The notes beneath the pieces were generated by a model. The model was not told the DNA's origin. It made no database searches and was given only the letters and a program-made list of their open reading frames with translations. A stretch of 26,083 nt of DNA from a bacterium. GTDB taxonomy: Bacteria > Patescibacteriota > Microgenomatia > Daviesbacterales > UBA10151. The stretch lies in assembly GCA_021786105.1 (NCBI GenBank), contig JAJYNW010000022.1, forward strand, positions 1 through 26,083, read 5' to 3'. Position numbers and translations under genes: made by a program. Shown here piece by piece: positions 20,257 to 26,083 of the stretch (position 1 is its first letter; every line of letters begins with the position of its first letter).

Positions 20257-21513
20257 TTAATTATTCCGTGTGCTTTGTGATCGCTTCTGCCAATCAATCC
20301 TTTTATACATCAAAGGAAAGTTACTCATATCACTTTCCGGAAATTCCCAAGTCTCCTTTATTTCCTTAGCAATTTCAGTGAAAGGGTCGCCGGGCAGAGG
20401 AGACCCCAGAATCGAACTGTGTCCCACTGAATATGAACCAGGAACAGCGCAAGCCGCCTCTTCTAAATATTCTACTAAATCAGACATTGCCTCCCCATCC
20501 TTGGCAATCTCTTTTGCAGTCATTCCTAAAACCTCGGTCATAATAGCTAGAGAATAGCTGGCCATCCCCACCACTGATCTGCCTCCTTGCCCTTTCCGAC
20601 TCCGTTTCAAGTTATCTACAGCCATATTTAAAGCCTGTCTCAAAGCTTCGATTCGATCCTGCTCACTTTCTAAGAATGGCTTCTCTTTAATTCTGGTCGG
20701 AGTTACCTTAATCTTTTCTGCGCTCTTGGCCTTCATACCCCAAGCCAACCCCGCTTCGGCCACACGCGCTTCTTCCTCTGTACCTTTTAGCAGTTTTGGA
20801 TACCAAGTTTCTCTATCGTGTTCAGTAATACCAGCTTTATTTACACCAGACTCTCGTCCATGAACTTCCCGCCAAGTCCGCCTCATCACTTCTTTCTCCG
20901 CCTTTTCATCTTCCGGTAATTTAATTTTCAAAGTAGGTGCATCATCAATTCTGACTATAAACGATGGACTAACTAAAAGAACATTAGAGTGTGGATCGTC
21001 TACAGCCGATCCATTCATTATTATCCTTACTCCTTCAATATCAGTCTCTACTATCAAATATTCCCTGTCACTTGTACTTTTGACCAATAATGAACCAGAA
21101 GGGATTTTATTCATTCGGTCACCACTCAAAACATCTATCTCCATATGTGGTAAATTTTGCGATGCAGCGATTGTTGGCAACGATCCGCCGGTTACCGCCA
21201 ACCTTCCTCCGTCAGGAGTCGTAACATGAGCTCCTAATTTTCTAAAATAGGTATCCACAAATCTTCTATTGTAATCAATATTAACTTGCGAAAATTGGAT
21301 AACAAAAGCGCTTCTTTGCCCCCATCTTTGCCCTCTGGCCACTGCTTGATCAAAACGGTGCACTGGTTCGTCTAGCCACTCTTTCTCCAAATGTGAATCA
21401 GGCATACTTGCTCGAAGTTCAATATCAGTAAGTACACGAAATAAAGCTTCTTTTCTTTTGGCAAAAGCATCTGGAGTAGGGGATTTTTCTTGTTCTGGTA
21501 TCTGTCCTGCCAT
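20257..21513 (-). CDS. Hypothetical protein (orphan)
   Basis: 418-aa ORF with its own promoter; stop 4 bp before the GH start; no motif recognised. Confidence 0.75.
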   Translation of the reverse strand: MAGQIPEQEKSPTPDAFAKRKEALFRVLTDIELRASMPDSHLEKEWLDEPVHRFDQAVARGQRWGQRSAFVIQFSQVNIDYNRRFVDTYFRKLGAHVTTPDGGRLAVTGGSLPTIAASQNLPHMEIDVLSGDRMNKIPSGSLLVKSTSDREYLIVETDIEGVRIIMNGSAVDDPHSNVLLVSPSFIVRIDDAPTLKIKLPEDEKAEKEVMRRTWREVHGRESGVNKAGITEHDRETWYPKLLKGTEEEARVAEAGLAWGMKAKSAEKIKVTPTRIKEKPFLESEQDRIEALRQALNMAVDNLKRSRKGQGGRSVVGMASYSLAIMTEVLGMTAKEIAKDGEAMSDLVEYLEEAACAVPGSYSVGHSSILGSPLPGDPFTEIAKEIKETWEFPESDMSNFPLMYKRIDWQKRSQSTRNN

Positions 21514-21538
21514 CTGAATTATAAACTAAATCATCTTA

Positions 21539-21567
21539 ATTATGGCTATAGAGCTGGAAAAAAGCAA
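21539..21567 (-). promoter_or_regulatory. Sigma70 promoter of the 418-aa ORF/GH unit
   Basis: TTGCTT (21567-21562), 17 bp, CATAAT (21544-21539). Confidence 0.55.
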
Positions 21568-21639
21568 GGAGAACAATAGTTAATCTCAAAATATTGTACG
21601 ACAACGAAAAACTTATTTAATTAAATCAATTTAAAGCAA

Positions 21640-22512
21640 AACGAGGTGTGAAATATTGCGGATATCGTAACAAAGCAATCAGGAATAATATAACTGGCCT
21701 GGAAGTATGTCAGGAGATTACAGATTACCGGCCGTTAAATAAACAGGCTTTTGGAAGCTTAGGCACTGGTTAAATACTTACTTAAACTTATTAAAAAAAA
21801 TATTTTAAAAAATAAACTCAAAAAAGTTTGCATCTTAGTAAGCTACTTAAGATACCAGCTCCAAAAATTGCTTGTTTTTAACACTTCCGAGCCTGCTGAA
21901 CGCGAAGCCCTAGAAGGCCACAAAAACGGCTGATTAAGGGGAGAGACGCAGGATAGGTCATCTAAGGTTTAGGGCTATAGGAAGCCCTAAAGGTAAAGAT
22001 GGCATATTTTAAAAATCAGCAGCAAAAATACAAAAAATTCCGGTAGGAAATAAACATAAATAAGTTCAAATAAAACTTTATTAAAACTCAGTTACTTGTA
22101 CATTAATTTACCAGATCTAATCCCAAAGGCCTCTCCTCCGGAAAACCCTTCCTTGACGTCGGATAAGATACATTGTACGACATGATAATATAGGGAAGAT
22201 TTAAAAAGGAATAAAAAAGCAAGGACAACAAGAAGTGTAGTGTATTTCTAACTCTTCATTCTTACCGTTTATTCATCTTCATCAGGATTCCTAGTATAGA
22301 AGGGTCCCTCTAAAACTTCAGCACTGTATTTAGCACTTATCCACAAAGCATGCCAGAAAAGAATAAGCCAAATTCTCTCGGAGTAGCAAGGAAGACCCTT
22401 AAAGTACGGAGTACTAAGATACGAAGGATCGCAAGCTTCGCTTATTGTGGCAACGATCACAATAGCAATGTAGTTATCGAGGTCTAACTTCAGTTAGGCC
22501 CTATAGTTTTTA
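21640..22512 (+). ncRNA. Candidate large structured non-coding RNA (family not identified; ends approximate)
   Basis: No credible ORF; many local and long-range helices, most G-U pairs favour the + strand; GCAA loops; ends in hairpin GGTCTAAC-TTCA-GTTAGGCC followed by a T-rich tract. Confidence 0.55.
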
Positions 22513-22602
22513 ACTTTCGTGCCTGTTGACTATATCAAACTATATCAATTAGACTTTTCACGATATTTATCCTAATTTTTCACGCTTCCCCTTTATAAAC
22601 TT

Positions 22603-22623
22603 CCACGGCTTGAAAAGCCGCGG
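22603..22623. repeat. IS200/IS605-end-like palindrome, copy 1
   Basis: CCACGGCT-TGAAA-AGCCGCGG in context AAACT...TTCTT; similar to 25967-25987. Confidence 0.6.
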
Positions 22624-22735
22624 TTTTCTTAATCTTAAGTTTACATCCGTATAATACTGTCTCTCTTCCCCACTTTAGATCGTTATAGCAATATAATTTT
22701 AAGACATTAGCTTCAAATCTTTAAATTTTACTCTT

Positions 22736-23524
22736 CTATCCGCTCCAGGGCGTTGTGAAGAAACCCACCAAAAGCACTATTACCCCAATCCCCACATATT
22801 CCCACACTAACCTCTTGTTTAACCTACCTCTCAGTCCTTCAGTAATTAAGCCCAAAAGCACGTACATAGCTGATGATAAAGACAACGCCCACATAACTGA
22901 AGTTTTAGAAAAAGGCCAGAACGAAAAGCCTAAAGCCAGCTCTCCTAAAATTAGGCTCAAAACAAAGCTTTGCACCAAAGTAACTGTCTTAATCTTATCC
23001 TCCATCTGAATCGACCAAAGCACCTGCAGAATCAGCGGAAAGCTAATCAGGAAAACTACTACTCCATTCCAAAGAAACAATAAATTAAAAGCGAAGGTAA
23101 CATGGTATAAACAGAAAGCTGCAAGCAGTGTGAAAAGGAAACCGGCCGTTGACGCTGCCCGATACAAAGGAATAGTCCTGATACTGGCTACATTAAAGAC
23201 ATTCTGCGCCAACAATAATAAATAGAAAGTTAAACCGAATATAAAAGCCACTGGCAGCCTGGTTAACCATCTAATAGGCAGCAAGAAATAAAAACTGGCA
23301 ACAGCCACTGTAAAAAAAGTTGGCAGAATCATCAGAATTAAAGCCTTGATAACATTTAACCCATCCCAGAGGGACCATAAAGAGAGGCTATATGCTAAAA
23401 CTGCCAATCCTCCCAGGAAACGAAATCTGAGATTAAAATCTACCAGTTGTGTCGAAAGTAGTCCTATAGTTAATAAAGCTGAGCTGATAATTATTTTTTG
23501 TCTTTTGTTGAGAACCAGATTCAT
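22736..23524 (-). CDS. Multi-pass membrane protein of unknown function
   Basis: 262 aa, about 9 hydrophobic helices; NVFNVASIRTIPLYRAA loop; SD GGAGGAG upstream. Confidence 0.85.
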   Translation of the reverse strand: MNLVLNKRQKIIISSALLTIGLLSTQLVDFNLRFRFLGGLAVLAYSLSLWSLWDGLNVIKALILMILPTFFTVAVASFYFLLPIRWLTRLPVAFIFGLTFYLLLLAQNVFNVASIRTIPLYRAASTAGFLFTLLAAFCLYHVTFAFNLLFLWNGVVVFLISFPLILQVLWSIQMEDKIKTVTLVQSFVLSLILGELALGFSFWPFSKTSVMWALSLSSAMYVLLGLITEGLRGRLNKRLVWEYVGIGVIVLLVGFFTTPWSG

Positions 23525-23547
23525 ACTTCTCTCCTCCCCTTGCCAGT

Positions 23548-23611
23548 ATCATTCCTGCAAAAGCAGGAATCTATATAAATATTTTATGATCCCGATTTTC
23601 ATCGGGATGAC
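23548..23611. repeat. Paired-hairpin REP/REPIN-like element
   Basis: ATTCCTGC-AAAA-GCAGGAAT (23551-23570) and ATCCCGAT-TTTC-ATCGGGAT (23589-23608), with complementary outer ends TCATTCC/GGGATGA. Confidence 0.75.
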
Positions 23612-23623
23612 TCACTGCGTTCG

Positions 23624-24172
23624 TCACTTTGCCACCAATTTTAATACATGGCAAATTGCGATGGCCAAAGCATCCGTGGCGTCATCCAAATGCCCGCCTT
23701 TCCAATTCGCCTTAAGCTTATTTCTCTTCCGCCCGTTCGTCCCCAAAAACTTCCTAACTCCTTCGTGTACCTGATTTTTATCAGCTCGACCCGAACCTGC
23801 TACCATCAGCTTCACTTGTAGACCAGTATAATCGTGAAACGGGATTTTACGTTGGGCCGCAGTCAGCATAATTACTCCCCTTGCCTGTCCTACCATAATA
23901 GCAGTTCTGGTGTTAGCTCCGAAAAAAAGCATCTCGCACGCCATTTGGTCGGGTTGGTATTTTTTAATCACTTCGGAAAGTTCGCTATGGATCATCTGCA
24001 GGCGGTCCTGCATTAACCTATCTTTAGGGGTACTGATATTGCCGTAGGTAATCAGCTCGATATCATATTTAAATTCCCGGCCCAATATATCATCCGGCAC
24101 TTTTATCACCCCGAAACCTGTGGTAGCAGTTCCAGGATCAATCCCCAAAATTATCATAGTTTCTTTTGCCAT
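23624..24172 (-). CDS. ruvC: Holliday junction resolvase RuvC
   Basis: ILGIDPG, ACEMLFF, GQARGV, VK..VAGSGRADKNQV, DDATDALAIA; start may instead be 24157. Confidence 0.95.
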   Translation of the reverse strand: MAKETMIILGIDPGTATTGFGVIKVPDDILGREFKYDIELITYGNISTPKDRLMQDRLQMIHSELSEVIKKYQPDQMACEMLFFGANTRTAIMVGQARGVIMLTAAQRKIPFHDYTGLQVKLMVAGSGRADKNQVHEGVRKFLGTNGRKRNKLKANWKGGHLDDATDALAIAICHVLKLVAK

Positions 24173-24264
24173 CCTGAACGAAGTGAATGATCTCTAACTT
24201 TATATCAGATACATTAATGTAACTTGCATTCGCAAGAGATTCTTCGCTAATCACTCAGAATGAT
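24168..24264. repeat. REP/REPIN-like inverted-repeat element
   Basis: CATCCTGAACGAAGTGAATGATCTCT ... AGAGATTCTTCGCTAATCACTCAGAATG imperfect inverted arms around an AT-rich spacer. Confidence 0.65.
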
Positions 24265-24266
24265 AA

Positions 24267-25019
24267 TTAAATAAGCTCCTCTGGAATGTCAAAATTCGCA
24301 TAAACCTTTTGCACATCATCCGAATCCTCCAGTTTAGCCGCAAAATCCAATACTTTTTTTGCTGATTCCGCATCATTAATTGCGACTAAAACATTCGGTT
24401 TAAACACTAACTCTTGAGACTCTACCCCATACCCTGCCTGAGTAATTTTATTACCCATAGTATTTAATTCTGAGCTTTCTGTATATACTAAATACTTTTG
24501 TATATTATCCTCCTTATAGTCCTCCACATCTTCCGCTCCTAAATCAATCAGCTCCAATATTTCATCTTCCAAACCGCCTCCCTTGCTCTTGACCCGGATT
24601 TCGCCCTTTCTATCAAACATATATGCTACGCTTCCCTGTCCGGCCAGACTTCCCCCATTCCTTTCAAAAATATTTTTTATTTCCTGCAAAGTCCGCATTT
24701 TATTGTCAGTCACCCCTTCCACCAAAAAAGCCACCTTCGAAGGACCAAAACCTTCGTAAAGCACTTCTTCCAGGGTTTGACCGGGTAACTTGCCTAAACC
24801 TCTGTCAATTGCCCTTTGGATATTTTCCTTAGGCATATTAACTGCTCTGGCAGCATCTGCAGCCACTCGGAGCCTGGGGTTGGATTCCGGATCACCGGAA
24901 CCGCCCATTTTAACAGCAATAGTAATAGCATTGGCAAGTTTGGTAAAGGTTTGGCCACGCTTGATATCCGCTACCCCTTTTTGTCTTTTAATTGTCGACC
25001 ACTTGGAATGTCCTGACAT
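24267..25019 (-). CDS. yebC: YebC/PmpR family protein (start set to MSGHSKW)
   Basis: MSGHSKWSTIKRQKG, NPRLR, NMPKENIQRAI, YEGFGP, TDNKMRT, LEDSDDVQKVYAN; usual synteny with ruvC. Confidence 0.96.
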   Translation of the reverse strand: MSGHSKWSTIKRQKGVADIKRGQTFTKLANAITIAVKMGGSGDPESNPRLRVAADAARAVNMPKENIQRAIDRGLGKLPGQTLEEVLYEGFGPSKVAFLVEGVTDNKMRTLQEIKNIFERNGGSLAGQGSVAYMFDRKGEIRVKSKGGGLEDEILELIDLGAEDVEDYKEDNIQKYLVYTESSELNTMGNKITQAGYGVESQELVFKPNVLVAINDAESAKKVLDFAAKLEDSDDVQKVYANFDIPEELI

Positions 25020-25109
25020 AATCTTTAGATCATAACTTGCCACTGATATTTTTTCAAGGTTGAACAGAGTTTGCTTATGCCCCATAATAATAGTAAAATA
25101 TCATCTGAT

Positions 25110-26033
25110 ATGAGCTGGGAATGCAAAACAACGCCTATTGATGTTGCTTTATTAGATACCTCACTACAAAATGAGGGTTTAGATCCATATAAAACGAGAT
25201 TCGCCCGTTATCTCAAAAGAGAAGGTAGGTTGTCTGAAAATGACGCTCATTACTCTTCTGAGGAGGGCTTTGCTGAATTAGTCAAAGCAACTATTCCAGA
25301 ACGACAAATAAGTAGTTTTGTGGGAGTTCGCATAGCTGAAGGTCAAAAACCTAGATTATTAAGAGAAGAATTTGAAGCCTATTTAACCCCTGTTATAGAA
25401 GAATATAAAACCGCTGAAAAGCATACTCCAGAATTAATTGATTATACTTGGCAAAAAATATGGAGGGCAATAGGAAGTGCAGTTGATCATACCTACGAAG
25501 TGCCTTCCTGTGACAGAACTATAAAAGAGCTTGAATCTTTCCGAGCCAAAAAAAGAAGATTCATGGTTCTTACGCCGGATGAAATTTACACGCCGGAAGG
25601 ATTAGCAAGGTTAGCAACTGTATTACCAGTCAAGATTTATGATTCTATCGGTATCTACAAACCAGAAAAAATCACCCAGATTTCACACAATCTAGCCAAA
25701 GGTGGCTGTATTGATGTTGAAATAGATACGCGGGGTGATTCTGACGGATATTTCCTAAGATATGGTGATTCAGAACAACAGCTTGCCTCTATGGGCAAAG
25801 CAGGCATGAGACTACCAACCTTTCTTGTAGCAAATATTTTCAGCTGGTTATTAAACGGATTTTATTTTAATACAGTGGGCGGTCCATATGCGAAACTTAT
25901 CGGATCTTCTTCCGGACAATATATGATTTATGCTTGTTCTTACGGAAACGGCGAAGTCGGAAAACTCCGCGGACTAAAAGTCCGCGGGTTCTTTACCTTT
26001 CTTCCTTTGCATGATGTTCCTTTTGATTCCTGA
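25110..26033 (+). CDS. Hypothetical protein (orphan; start set to ATG 25110)
   Basis: Long ORF divergent from yebC; no motif recognised; C-terminus encoded partly by a palindrome. Confidence 0.7.
   Translation: MSWECKTTPIDVALLDTSLQNEGLDPYKTRFARYLKREGRLSENDAHYSSEEGFAELVKATIPERQISSFVGVRIAEGQKPRLLREEFEAYLTPVIEEYKTAEKHTPELIDYTWQKIWRAIGSAVDHTYEVPSCDRTIKELESFRAKKRRFMVLTPDEIYTPEGLARLATVLPVKIYDSIGIYKPEKITQISHNLAKGGCIDVEIDTRGDSDGYFLRYGDSEQQLASMGKAGMRLPTFLVANIFSWLLNGFYFNTVGGPYAKLIGSSSGQYMIYACSYGNGEVGKLRGLKVRGFFTFLPLHDVPFDS
25967..25987. repeat. IS200/IS605-end-like palindrome, copy 2
   Basis: Perfect CCGCGGACT-AAA-AGTCCGCGG. Confidence 0.7.
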
Positions 26034-26083
26034 CATATTCTTTCACCTTTTCTAGTTCTTTTGTTCCTACCGTGGAACCATAA

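Noticed and set aside
21944-21990. c-di-GMP-I riboswitch-like words (GACGCA, TCTAAGG, CTAT, AGCC)
   Set aside because: No GGCAAA/P2 GNRA arrangement; a stronger alternative stem exists and there is no downstream gene
21865-22025. Group I intron P/Q-like words (AATTGCT, AATCAGCAGC)
   Set aside because: No recognisable P7 R/S pair and no interrupted host gene
22337-22345. Perfect DnaA box TTATCCACA suggesting oriC in the AT-rich intergenic region
   Set aside because: Only one box seen, no cluster and no dnaA/dnaN nearby; the region is better explained by RNA structure, though oriC is not formally excluded
22269-22460. 63-aa minus-strand ORF
   Set aside because: Short, no ATG start or motif, and antisense to the hairpin-rich domain
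21514-22735. tRNA, tmRNA, RNase P RNA or CRISPR array
   Set aside because: No T-loop/acceptor stem, no GAGGAAAGTCC motif and no regularly spaced repeats found

Overview
AT-rich bacterial chromosomal window whose gene content and compact, often leaderless layout suggest Patescibacteria/CPR, probably Microgenomates (inference only). In the left part, gyrB and gyrA are separated by a peptidoglycan-precursor cassette (GNAT, murC, murI, murD, alr, ddl) and a frameshifted peptide deformylase. The middle holds a RAYT-type HUH transposase with flanking REP-like palindromes, two holin-like membrane proteins and a Xer-family tyrosine recombinase. Next is a minus-strand surface-protein cluster resembling a miniature cohesin-dockerin display system: two membrane-anchored cohesin proteins, a 920-aa Cys-rich protein ending in an X-module/dockerin, and a clan GH-A glycoside hydrolase sharing an ~85-aa N-terminal anchor module with it. 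A ~1.2-kb ORF-poor region then contains a strong candidate for a large (~850 nt) structured non-coding RNA, followed by a membrane protein, ruvC, yebC and an orphan ORF. Three different families of short palindromic repeats are scattered through the window, some translated in frame inside genes. No tRNA, rRNA or CRISPR array was seen.
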